Notes under the pieces: model-generated
Databases searched by the model: none
What the model was told of the DNA's origin: nothing
The model's input: only the letters and a program-made list of their open reading frames with translations
Virus record (IMG/VR): IMGVR_UViG_3300024428_000003
Coordinates: 1-60,600 of that record
DNA from: a virus
Lineage: Duplodnaviria; Caudoviricetes
Length of the DNA stretch: 60,600 nucleotides
Direction: 5' to 3' (one strand)
Program-made: the position numbers and the translations under genes
Shown here: piece by piece, positions 38,834 to 47,513 of the stretch
Position numbering within the stretch: position 1 is the first letter of the stretch
Layout: each line of letters starts with the position of its first letter

Positions 38834-38992
38834 TTAGTCCCGCTCCAGGATCTCGTGCCCGATCACTTTGGATGTGGCTTCATCCCGATAGCACACGCGC
38901 AGATAATTGCTGAGGTGCTGCTCGTTGCTGAACCGAACCACGCGACTGTTATAATTGCCGCGCCAGTTCTTCGTGTCGATACGAACCAGCAT
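38834..38992 (-). CDS. Small early protein (52 aa, not in ORF track)
   Basis: MLVRIDTKNWRGNYNSRVVRFSNEQHL...; ATG overlaps the upstream TGA. Confidence 0.55.
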   Translation of the reverse strand: MLVRIDTKNWRGNYNSRVVRFSNEQHLSNYLRVCYRDEATSKVIGHEILERD

Positions 38993-39144
38993 CAGATCGA
39001 TTCCCAGAACAGATCACGCTGCTCGTTTGTTAGACCTATCAGGTTGTCCTGACCGAACATCTGCTGGCAGATTACAGTTCTGCGCTCAGACTCTTTAATG
39101 TTTCGCATGACTTCATCCCATGCTTGTTGATTTGTTTGATACAT
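38992..39144 (-). CDS. Small early protein (50 aa, not in ORF track)
   Basis: MYQTNQQAWDEVMRNIKESERR...; directly behind promoter copy 9. Confidence 0.6.
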   Translation of the reverse strand: MYQTNQQAWDEVMRNIKESERRTVICQQMFGQDNLIGLTNEQRDLFWESI

Positions 39145-39171
39145 AATTATTAGTTTTATTTGTTATACATT

Positions 39172-39207
39172 TATATTATCGGTGTGTCACCGTGTTATGT
39201 TTGCAAA
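39172..39207 (-). promoter_or_regulatory. Early promoter motif, copy 9
   Basis: Same consensus. Confidence 0.8.
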
Positions 39208-39210
39208 GCT

Positions 39211-39369
39211 CTAGCCGTAGATCCCAAAGGATGTTGGCGCGCCGTGCTCGATCATGTGTGCTACGATTGCGATCAGGCTCAGGCCAATGAATGCTGTTGT
39301 GCCGTAGACCACGATGCCTGTTGCGATGTTGATCAGTCTGTTGTGGTGGAATGTTCTGTTAGTTTTCAT
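39211..39369 (-). CDS. Small membrane protein (52 aa, not in ORF track), first gene of the early arm
   Basis: MKTNRTFHHNRLINIATGIVVYGTTAFIGLSLIAIVAHMIEHGAPTSFGIYG. One TM segment; behind promoter copy 10. Confidence 0.6.
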   Translation of the reverse strand: MKTNRTFHHNRLINIATGIVVYGTTAFIGLSLIAIVAHMIEHGAPTSFGIYG

Positions 39370-39395
39370 ATTGTTATTGTTATTTGTTATTCATA

Positions 39396-39431
39396 TATAT
39401 TATCGGGTGACCAGCGTAGTACGCTTGCAAA
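39396..39431 (-). promoter_or_regulatory. Early promoter motif, copy 10
   Basis: TTTGCAAGC variant of the consensus. Confidence 0.75.
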
Positions 39432-39436
39432 ATTTT

Positions 39437-39620
39437 CAGGACCAGAGTTCAGGACCAGGCTACAGCACAGCCAGGGCCGCGGACCAGGACCAGGATCCTG
39501 CCCAGGAAAAAGGCTAAACCCTGCACGGAATCCGGACAGCCAGGCTCGGACAGCTGCGGACCCAGACCCAGGCAAAGGCCAGACCCCAGGCCAGACCCGG
39601 GAAAAACACAGGGGACCCCC
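39437..39620. repeat. GC-rich CCAG(G/A) repeat tract at the divergence point of the two arms
   Basis: 12 CCAG copies in 39442-39594; T-poor on the + strand. Confidence 0.75.
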
Positions 39621-39726
39621 TAAAAAAAAGTAACTTTCCGCACGGCAAAAAAAAATTGTATAGCATAGCGTAACACAATCGTTCCAAGTATCTAAAAAAA
39701 TTTTTATTATATTTTTTTTCTCGTCT

Positions 39727-39771
39727 ACGACGTTAGCTAGTTATATAGAAATAGTAATAACCTATTGTCAC
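39727..39771. promoter_or_regulatory. Bipartite inverted-repeat site, copy C
   Basis: ACGACGTTAGC-N23-CCTATTGTCAC; close to the reverse complement of copy A. Confidence 0.6.
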
Positions 39772-39813
39772 TATTGGATTAATAATAATAAAAACAGCGT
39801 AATCATAGAGAGT

Positions 39814-40059
39814 ATGAGACAACAGTTATCGCCACAAGCACGAAGAGACAAAGCGGCAAGAGATAAAGCCTATGCGATGTCACCTGCTAGAAAAGCGAAG
39901 AAAGCTCACGCTCAAAGAGAACGTAGGAAGAATCCGTCTGAAGCAGAAGGACAAGACTATGATCACAAAAGACAAAAGTTTGTTTCTGTAAAATCTAACA
40001 GAGGAAACGAGGGGCAAGGTACCCAGAGCGAAAGTGGCGCAAACTATAATACAGACTAA
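39814..40059 (+). CDS. Small basic protein, degenerate HNH-like
   Basis: DYDH...VSVKSNRG pattern after a basic helix. Confidence 0.55.
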   Translation: MRQQLSPQARRDKAARDKAYAMSPARKAKKAHAQRERRKNPSEAEGQDYDHKRQKFVSVKSNRGNEGQGTQSESGANYNTD

Positions 40060-40060
40060 C

Positions 40061-40741
40061 ATGGCAAGAATAAGTACATACGCATTAGACACCAATATAA
40101 AGGGTACAGATAAATTAATAGGTACCGATGTTGAGAATAACAATGTTACAAAGAATTTCTCTGTCAAAGAGTTAACTGATTACATTAGTGAGAACGAGGC
40201 TGCTGATTTAGATTTAGTAGGTATAAAGTTAAGGTGGAACCAAGACCAAACCTACAGTTCTCAAAGAGCCTGGAACAATACTAGTATGGTGGTGGCAGTA
40301 CCACGATTATACATGGAGTTTGAAAATCTAACTTTAGAGCCTGGTGTAACTTACGAGGTTGTTATAGAGAGATTTACTAAGAAAAGAAAAAGAGGAGCGA
40401 GTGCTTCAGGAAACAAATCTTCTGGTATGAAGATAGAAGAGCCAGCAAACACAGCACCTCCTTACGATGTAAGACCTGTTTCTCTGCCTATAAATAATGC
40501 AGCGGGTGATTGGTATGATTTTAAATTTGATTATTACTTTAAACTATCATTTCCATTGCTTTCAGGCTACAGTTCTATAACTAATCATTTTCCTAACAAC
40601 ACGAAATTGCCTATAGGATTTAGAATTAAAAAAACAAAAAAAGGAGTAGTGACATATTCACACACTCTTAGAAAAATAAACTTAACTGGAGGAATCGCTG
40701 ACGATCAAAAAAAGAACGGCATCGCATTCTCTGAATTATAA
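40061..40741 (+). CDS. Putative virion-associated protein immediately upstream of the giant ncRNA
   Basis: ATG 40061. N-terminus MARISTY..D......DKLIGTD....TKNF resembles fibre/appendage attachment modules; internal KKRKR basic patch. Confidence 0.6.
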   Translation: MARISTYALDTNIKGTDKLIGTDVENNNVTKNFSVKELTDYISENEAADLDLVGIKLRWNQDQTYSSQRAWNNTSMVVAVPRLYMEFENLTLEPGVTYEVVIERFTKKRKRGASASGNKSSGMKIEEPANTAPPYDVRPVSLPINNAAGDWYDFKFDYYFKLSFPLLSGYSSITNHFPNNTKLPIGFRIKKTKKGVVTYSHTLRKINLTGGIADDQKKNGIAFSEL

Positions 40742-40751
40742 ATAAAGTACA

Positions 40752-41724
40752 TGGGCGCTATTTTTAGTACTCCCGGTGTTCGTCGGTATTCATATCGCGG
40801 CCGCTGGGTGAACTGCATTCAGCACCCCTGCACGACTCCTTGATATAGTGACACTGAGTCTCTTCTTGCATTTTTTGTGGGGATAGGACCCTGTCCCTGT
40901 GATAGGTTGCACAGTCAGCGACAATAGGTAGTAATTTGCTTCGTAGTGGATTTACGTCGCCAATTTGAAGTTGAAAGTGAAGACGGCGATCCTAGACATC
41001 TATTCTTGTATGGGTCTTCCTTCTTGCACTGTGAGTAAAACCCGCCCTATGCCAAAGGTGCGGTGGATTGAAAGGTGCATAACCTTTCTTAACATAAGGC
41101 ATTAATACGTTAACCTGAGCGGTTGCCCTCTAGACTTTGGAGAGGGGCCTCTGTAACTGTTACGTCCTGATTTTCCCCCTTAGCGGGGGGAACTTCGGGG
41201 CCTCTGACGACTTCATGCCTCTGTCCATAACTTATGGCGACCGAGGGAGTACACCCCGTCTCTAACCTGCGTCCCTTTTTGGCCTTTAACCTAGAATAAC
41301 ATTGTGCCCGGATCGAAGCCTATTCCTGCAGCAGAAGCGGCGCTGAAAGCTTTGCATTAAGTGGACACCAGCTCGATATGGTTGCATTCTAGTAACGGAC
41401 TACCCATAGGAACAGCACCCGGGCATCGTAGTAGTTTCTTTGGCTCCCCTCAAAAGGAGTCACTGGGATGAAAAGGTGCAGCAGTGACCCCTCGGATCTG
41501 GATATGGAGATGCGTCGAGTACGGATGAAACGTAACTGTACTTCAAACGCCGACGATAGCCGGACATGCAACTGACAAGGATTGAGTAGGCTTATGGCTG
41601 AAATTTCTTTTACTTGAGGTAGCGCTTAATCGCTCTACTAGACGGGCTCTGAATACTGCAAAACTTGTATTTTGGGACGACTTTGATCTATTCATTGGTG
41701 CGGGGGTGCTGTAATTAGCGCCCA
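40752..41724 (+). ncRNA. Giant structured non-coding RNA (~970 nt), family unassigned
   Basis: No + strand ORF of 60 aa or more; about 50% GC. 5'/3' pairings 40752-40760 with 41716-41724 and 40820-40833 with 41698-41711. Many hairpins with G:U pairs on the + strand; terminator directly after. Confidence 0.85.
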
Positions 41725-41733
41725 ATTATAACG

Positions 41734-41770
41734 AAACACATGGACTTTAGCGAGTACCATGTGTTTTTGT
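41734..41770 (+). terminator. Intrinsic terminator after the giant ncRNA
   Basis: AAACACATGG...CCATGTGTTT followed by TTGT. Confidence 0.8.
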
Positions 41771-41838
41771 ATTAATATATTAGTAAAATGAGTAATAATA
41801 ACTTTATAAACCAAAATTAACTTACAAAACCTAAACCA

Positions 41839-42129
41839 ATGACAGTTTATTACCAGACTAATTCGTGGAGTAGTCAACCACAACCAACAGAAGATCGATT
41901 AGAATTATGGAACCATATTGCTGATAAAGCTAACTGGCGAATAGTTCAATTACCAAACGGATATTACCAAACGGAATATCAAGATCTTAGAAAAGACGAC
42001 GAGTGGGTTGATATAACAAGAAGAGAAACAATGGAAGCTGCGGAAACTTCTATAGATTCTACTATCGAACACTACAATAAAAAATTAGAATTTATAAAAG
42101 GCCCCAAAGTGGTTAAAACTTTCAAATAA
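41839..42129 (+). CDS. Hypothetical protein
   Basis: 96 aa ORF with an AT-rich leader. Confidence 0.7.
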   Translation: MTVYYQTNSWSSQPQPTEDRLELWNHIADKANWRIVQLPNGYYQTEYQDLRKDDEWVDITRRETMEAAETSIDSTIEHYNKKLEFIKGPKVVKTFK

Positions 42130-42138
42130 AAACAAAAA

Positions 42139-42951
42139 ATGGGATATTTAGTAATAGAGACTCAAGAACAGGGTCAAATAGTAATTGATGGCAGTCGTGT
42201 TCTAAGCATAATAAAAGGCAAAAAGAATAATGACTATTATTTAGACTTAATACTTGGGGTTCAAAAAAATAACCCTAATAAAAATGATATAGTAAGGTTA
42301 GAGTTCTCTGGCGATATAACAGGAGAAACTTTAGAGCAGTACAATGCAGCTTTAATACAATGCGAAGTGGAAGCTTTCGTGAACGTTTTGCCAGCTGAAG
42401 GCGAAGAAGTCTTTGATGTTAAGTTTAATCCTTCAACACCAGCAACTGGTTCTTCAATTAGGGATTCTTTCTCTGGTACCTTTGTAAACTTTGGAGCGGC
42501 AGGAGGATCTGCTGATGTACTTGGAGGTGATACTGTAAATTGGGGTACAGAATTAACTACAGCGTCGGATCATTTAGGTAATTTAACTATAATGGATGAT
42601 TGTAAAATTAAAGCTGTAGCTGTTAAGTGGTCAAGCACCGTTGGTATGACTACTATAAACAATAATGCTACTGTTTCTTTTAGGTTTTCTAAAGCTATAA
42701 ACCCTAATTTGAACGTGACGCAAGCCTCTACTTGGGCAACCGCTGGAGCAATACAAAAACAATGGAGAACCTCTGATGGAGATTACCCTGGGTTTTATGA
42801 AGATGTTAGCAATTTAAACCTAACATACGAAAAAGGGAATTTATTAGCATTTACTGCATCTACATCCACTGGGTTTTCAAATACAGGTGAAGATGTTGAG
42901 GTTACTTTAATATTAGAAGGGGTTGATAGCCCAGTAGTGGTTCAAGCGTAG
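42139..42951 (+). CDS. Putative structural/decoration protein
   Basis: 270 aa; beta-rich C-terminal domain. Confidence 0.55.
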   Translation: MGYLVIETQEQGQIVIDGSRVLSIIKGKKNNDYYLDLILGVQKNNPNKNDIVRLEFSGDITGETLEQYNAALIQCEVEAFVNVLPAEGEEVFDVKFNPSTPATGSSIRDSFSGTFVNFGAAGGSADVLGGDTVNWGTELTTASDHLGNLTIMDDCKIKAVAVKWSSTVGMTTINNNATVSFRFSKAINPNLNVTQASTWATAGAIQKQWRTSDGDYPGFYEDVSNLNLTYEKGNLLAFTASTSTGFSNTGEDVEVTLILEGVDSPVVVQA

Positions 42952-43006
42952 ATAAAAAATAACCCTGCCGGGTAAAAGGCAAATTAAATTTAATTAAATA
43001 AAATAC

Positions 43007-44563
43007 ATGGAAACAAACAATCCAAGCGATATAGTGAAGACACTGACATTCGGTGAACCTGCTAGAAATGAAATAATGCAAGGCGTTGATAAATTAGCAA
43101 GCGCAGTGAGGTCCACTTTAGGAGCCTCGGGAAAATGCGTAATATATGAAGATGCTTTGGGTAGACCGGTAATTACAAAAGATGGTGTAACCGTTGCGGA
43201 AAGCGTAGTCTTATTACATCCGGTTGAAAATATAGGAGCAACCTTAATAAAGGAAGCTGCTAGCAATACAGTAAGAGAGGCTGGTGACGGTACCACGACG
43301 GCTACCGTACTGGCTGATTCTCTGTTAAAAATAGCTAATGAAAGTTTAAATGAAGAAAAAGTTAGAGGTATTAAAGATGGCATTATTAGTTGTGCTAACA
43401 AAGTTAAGATACATCTTGATAAGTCCAGTACTCCAGTTGAAGGTGAAATGTTACGGAGTGTTGCTACAATTAGCTGTAACAACGATGTTGAGCTTGGAAG
43501 AAAAATTGGAGAAGCTTACGAAAAAGTTGGAAGTAATGGAGTCGTATTAATGGAAGAGTCTGAAACGAACGAAACTTACGTGGAATTCGTTGAAGGAGTA
43601 CAATTTGATTCAAAATTAAAATCAATACATTTAGCGACAGACAAAGACAAGAGATCTGCTGTTTTAGATAACCCCTATGTGCTTATTGTTTCCTCTCCTA
43701 TTCCTAATATAAGAAGAATACAAAACGTCTTAGAACACGTTATAAAGAACAAAAGAAGTTTATTAATAGTTTCAGAAGTAGAGCAACAACCTTTAGCTAC
43801 TTTGATATCAAATAAAGTGAAAGGTAATATTAAGGTAAACATTATAGATACACCTGGTTTTGGGCCAACAAGACAAGATACTATAGAAGATTTAGCTATA
43901 TTGACAAATGCTACTATAATAGATGAATCACTTGGAGATGACTTAGATTTAATAGATCCTAATGTATTAGGTGAAGCCGTTAAATCAGTCACTGACGAAA
44001 AAGGCACAGTGCTGCAAGTTGAAACAAATGGAGATATTTTAAATGAAAGAATATCTTTTGTTGAAAATAAGATTGCAGATGAGACTAATCCTTTCTTTAG
44101 AAAAAAGCTAGAACAAAGATTATCTATGCTAACTGGTAAAGTTGGTATTATAAGAGTTGGAGCTGATTCCAAAGTGGAATTAAAAGAAAAGAAAGATAGA
44201 GTTGAGGATGCCATTCATGCGACAAAAGCCGCTTATAAAGAAGGTATTGTTGCTGGTGGAGGTGTAGCTTTACTAAATGCTTCACAGAAAATTAAACCTG
44301 CTAACAGGGGTGAGGAAATATTGCTAGAAGCAATCAAAGCACCTTACTACACCATATTAGACAACGCGGGTATTGTAGAGATCAAAAAGCTTACTATTAA
44401 AAATAGAGGTATTGATGTTAAGACTGGCAAAGAAGTTAATATGATTAAAGCAGGTATTATAGATCCGGTTTTGGTTACAAAATCGGCGCTAAAAAATGCA
44501 GTAAGTGTTGTAACAACAATAATATCTGCAGACTGTGTAATTAGTAATAAAAGATTAGCATAA
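43007..44563 (+). CDS. groEL: Chaperonin GroEL (Cpn60)
   Basis: ITKDGVTVA, AGDGTTTATVLA, GIVAGGGVALL, GIIDP; lacks the GGM tail. Confidence 0.96.
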   Translation: METNNPSDIVKTLTFGEPARNEIMQGVDKLASAVRSTLGASGKCVIYEDALGRPVITKDGVTVAESVVLLHPVENIGATLIKEAASNTVREAGDGTTTATVLADSLLKIANESLNEEKVRGIKDGIISCANKVKIHLDKSSTPVEGEMLRSVATISCNNDVELGRKIGEAYEKVGSNGVVLMEESETNETYVEFVEGVQFDSKLKSIHLATDKDKRSAVLDNPYVLIVSSPIPNIRRIQNVLEHVIKNKRSLLIVSEVEQQPLATLISNKVKGNIKVNIIDTPGFGPTRQDTIEDLAILTNATIIDESLGDDLDLIDPNVLGEAVKSVTDEKGTVLQVETNGDILNERISFVENKIADETNPFFRKKLEQRLSMLTGKVGIIRVGADSKVELKEKKDRVEDAIHATKAAYKEGIVAGGGVALLNASQKIKPANRGEEILLEAIKAPYYTILDNAGIVEIKKLTIKNRGIDVKTGKEVNMIKAGIIDPVLVTKSALKNAVSVVTTIISADCVISNKRLA

Positions 44564-44820
44564 TGAAAGCAATTAATTATTACTTAATAGTAGAAAAAAT
44601 AAAAGAGGCTCCGAAGAAAGTAGGAGGCTTAGAGCTCACTGAAAAACAAAACAAAGATATTAGATACCTAAAAGCTAAAGTAATTAGTGTTGGTGATCAA
44701 GTACCTGTAATAGCTAAAGACGATGTGGTTTGGTATGATAAACACGCAGGACACGGTATAGAGTGGGACGATAAATTTTATTTAGTTTTAAAAGCTCCCG
44801 ATATAGTTCTTATAGAATGA
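44563..44820 (+). CDS. groES: Co-chaperonin GroES-like
   Basis: GGLEL...AKVISVG...DDVVWYDKHAG...DI; coupled to groEL by TAATG. Confidence 0.85.
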   Translation: MKAINYYLIVEKIKEAPKKVGGLELTEKQNKDIRYLKAKVISVGDQVPVIAKDDVVWYDKHAGHGIEWDDKFYLVLKAPDIVLIE

Positions 44821-45257
44821 TATTTACTAGCCAAGATTTAAGAGATATGAATTTGTTTAAGTATTATAGGCTTGTTAGAAGATGGGCTTGTAAAACTTAT
44901 GATCTTAAAGATGCTGATTTAGAGTTGCTGATATATTTAGATTGTAAAAAACTTTTTACTAGGAATGATTTTATTAATGGTACTTATACTTATAGTTGGG
45001 ATAAAAATCGCTGGGAGCGATTAAGAAGAGATGGCTGGATTGATGTTTTTAAAGAACGGAATAGAACAACCTCAAAGTATGCTGCCTATAAAGTATCACT
45101 AAAGTGTAGTCAATTAATAATGCGAATATATAGAATATTATTAGGACAAGAAGATTTACCGGTTTCACGTAATAGTAAATTTTACAAAAACAAAACATAT
45201 ACTGATAAAGTTTATAATAAAGCTATTGATGATATGATAAACGACAGCGAAAGATAA
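44817..45257 (+). CDS. Hypothetical protein, possibly winged-helix
   Basis: 146 aa; DLELLIYL...RLRRDGWI pattern. Confidence 0.55.
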   Translation: MIFTSQDLRDMNLFKYYRLVRRWACKTYDLKDADLELLIYLDCKKLFTRNDFINGTYTYSWDKNRWERLRRDGWIDVFKERNRTTSKYAAYKVSLKCSQLIMRIYRILLGQEDLPVSRNSKFYKNKTYTDKVYNKAIDDMINDSER

Positions 45258-45607
45258 TGGGATTTAGATTAAAAGAATTTTCAGACCTTGTAGGTATAGA
45301 TAAAGAAACATCCTCTTACAACACTCCGGTGTTTAAAAAAGAACTAGAGGGAGGCATACTAGCTGAGGCTAATAATGACGGTACTATATTTATAGACAAA
45401 GCATTAAAAGGCAAGGCTAAGGAGGACGCTATTAAACATGAACAAGTTCATTTAGACCAGATGGCTCAAGGTAAGTTGCAGTATGATAACAATACGGTAA
45501 CATGGAAAAAAGACACCAAATCCCCCGCTAGAGTATACAAAAGAGATCAAATGAACGAAGGGGCAGAAAATCTGCCTTGGGAAAAAGAAGCATACGAAAA
45601 TTCATAA
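45257..45607 (+). CDS. Small zincin-like metallopeptidase
   Basis: GTIFID...AIKHEQVHLDQM (HExxH) ... PWEKEAY (third-ligand Glu). Confidence 0.7.
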   Translation: MGFRLKEFSDLVGIDKETSSYNTPVFKKELEGGILAEANNDGTIFIDKALKGKAKEDAIKHEQVHLDQMAQGKLQYDNNTVTWKKDTKSPARVYKRDQMNEGAENLPWEKEAYENS

Positions 45608-45609
45608 AA

Positions 45610-45975
45610 ATGGGATATAAAGCAAAATCAATAACAAGCAAAGCGTCAAGCGCCTGCAAAATGAATATGGCTCTTATAAAAGGAGAGGCTAAAATTGGAG
45701 CAGTTAAGAAAGCTGGCATAGGTGATTTACAAGCAGAATTTGACGCAGGGAGACAATCAGAAGAATCTTCTCCAGCTGAAATGAGAAGCTCCCCAGCTAA
45801 ATTACCAATTGCAGCTATAGCGAAAGCGGCCCCTATGATATTAGGTGCTTTAGGCGGAGGTAAAAAAGGCGGCGGTGGCGGCGGTGGCACAAAAGTAGTT
45901 GTTAATAACTCAGCTGATGCAAATGCAAGTTCAGAAAGTAATAGCCAAGCAGCAAACGCGATAGACCCTAAATAA
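45610..45975 (+). CDS. Putative internal head protein (SPAK motifs)
   Basis: ATG 45610; low complexity. Confidence 0.55.
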   Translation: MGYKAKSITSKASSACKMNMALIKGEAKIGAVKKAGIGDLQAEFDAGRQSEESSPAEMRSSPAKLPIAAIAKAAPMILGALGGGKKGGGGGGGTKVVVNNSADANASSESNSQAANAIDPK

Positions 45976-45988
45976 TAAAACATAAGAC

Positions 45989-47065
45989 ATGAGCAAACCA
46001 ATAACTAGCAGAGTAAAAAGATCACCTCTTTTTAAATATTCCCCTTTAAAGCAAGACACCCCTGCAACAGCCGGAGGTACTGAAGAGGGTGAAGAATCAA
46101 CTAAAAAAGTAACCACGACTACAGAGGACCCAAACTTATCGGAGTTTAAAAAACGTTGCGGTAAATTCAAAGGTAAAAATTCTAAAGAAGCTAAATTGGC
46201 TGGCTGTGAATGGAAAGAGGGTGTAAAGGATCCAGAGCCTGTAACTACTACTAAAGAGGTTACTGTTAAAGGTGAAGACTTAGATTACGAAGGCACTTTA
46301 CAAACAGCTAAGCAAGGTAGAGTTTTAGAGCCTTGGGAAATAAATCGTTTAAAAAGAGGGACTAGAAAAGCTACAAATGAAAGAGACCAGGCTGCTAGAA
46401 GACTGGATAAAAATAAAGGTGTTACTTTTAAAGACGGTAAATATGTATTAAACGACGATGCAACCGCTAAGGAGAGACGTAAGTTTAATAAGCAAAATGA
46501 TCGATTTATAGATGCTGACAATACAGCAAAAAATCAAACATTAGCAAGAGAGTCTGGTAGACAAGCCGGAGAAGAGTATTACAAAGGGGATAGAGATAGA
46601 GGTTTAGGTGAACAATCAGATCCTGAACAAAAAGCTCAATTCAAAAGAGATGCTATAAAAAAGAAGAAAGCAGAGAAAGCCGCGGCCGCTGCAGCAGCAA
46701 AAGCAGCAAAAGATAAAGCTGAACTCGATGCTGCTAAAAAGGTAGCAGATGAAGAAAACCAGCAGATAGAAGCAGATGCTAACGGCGTAACTACAGGTCA
46801 AGCCGCTAATGCTATAGGCGCAAATGATATAGCCCCTATAAGTTTAGGAGGTGGGTTTGGTTCTGGCTTGGATTTATATAAACAATCTAGTTACGGTCCC
46901 TTAGCCATGACTAAAAAGGGTTATAATATGAAAGCTAAAAGCCCCGCAACTAAAAAACTACAAGGAGCTCAAAATACGTTACCCCCTCATTTACAAGCGG
47001 CTATTAAAGCAGCCCCCGGTAAAATGAGAAGCGCTTTAAAGAAAGGTTACTTTAAAAATAAATAA
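45989..47065 (+). CDS. Putative internal head protein (charged, SPLK motif)
   Basis: 358 aa, K/E/A-rich. Confidence 0.6.
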   Translation: MSKPITSRVKRSPLFKYSPLKQDTPATAGGTEEGEESTKKVTTTTEDPNLSEFKKRCGKFKGKNSKEAKLAGCEWKEGVKDPEPVTTTKEVTVKGEDLDYEGTLQTAKQGRVLEPWEINRLKRGTRKATNERDQAARRLDKNKGVTFKDGKYVLNDDATAKERRKFNKQNDRFIDADNTAKNQTLARESGRQAGEEYYKGDRDRGLGEQSDPEQKAQFKRDAIKKKKAEKAAAAAAAKAAKDKAELDAAKKVADEENQQIEADANGVTTGQAANAIGANDIAPISLGGGFGSGLDLYKQSSYGPLAMTKKGYNMKAKSPATKKLQGAQNTLPPHLQAAIKAAPGKMRSALKKGYFKNK

Positions 47066-47067
47066 TT

Positions 47068-47412
47068 ATGGCTTATACTCAAAATAATCCCTTTAAAACA
47101 TCAGATTGCGGTTGCGACTCGCCTTTAAAGAAAAAAGGAGACGCTCCATCTAGGAAAAAATCTAAAGGGTACTATAATAAAGCTAACAAGACAGGCACTG
47201 GAGCAGCAGCTGGAGGAGGTATGACCGCTAAAGGAACGGCTAAGTACAGAGCTGATAATCCAGGTAGTAAACTTAAAACAGCGGTTACTAAAGATCCTTC
47301 TAAATTAAAGCCAGGTGGTAAAGCAGCTAAAAGAAGAAAAGCTTTTTGCGCTAGATCCAAAAGTTGGACATCTGAAAGAGGTAGAGCGGCTAGACGAAGG
47401 TGGAATTGCTAA
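47068..47412 (+). CDS. Small basic protein (RRKAFCARS...ARRRWNC)
   Basis: 114 aa; motif recalled from conserved small phage proteins. Confidence 0.65.
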   Translation: MAYTQNNPFKTSDCGCDSPLKKKGDAPSRKKSKGYYNKANKTGTGAAAGGGMTAKGTAKYRADNPGSKLKTAVTKDPSKLKPGGKAAKRRKAFCARSKSWTSERGRAARRRWNC

Positions 47413-47513
47413 TACATAAGATATGGAAATAATAGAGCACATTACAGGGGCATGTGGGGAAGCGCATGTAAACATAAATCATATTGCAATAATATCATTA
47501 GTAATTTTAACTT

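Noticed and set aside
30705-39431. 36-bp repeats as a CRISPR array
   Set aside because: They are dispersed, degenerate in the middle and located upstream of genes, with no regular spacers or cas genes.
38599-39633. Plus-strand ORFs (38599, 38855, 39160, 39314) and minus-strand ORF 39387..39575
   Set aside because: They cross promoter motifs and the CCAG tract. Short minus-strand genes with proper leaders explain the region better.
40752-41724. Group I or group II intron, RNase P or rRNA fragment
   Set aside because: It does not interrupt a gene and has its own terminator. No domain V, no correctly ordered P7 R/S elements with P8, and no RNase P conserved motifs were recognised.
41389-41883. 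Three 60-63 aa minus-strand ORFs
   Set aside because: They are antisense to the late arm, have atypical composition, and are better explained by the GC-rich RNA.
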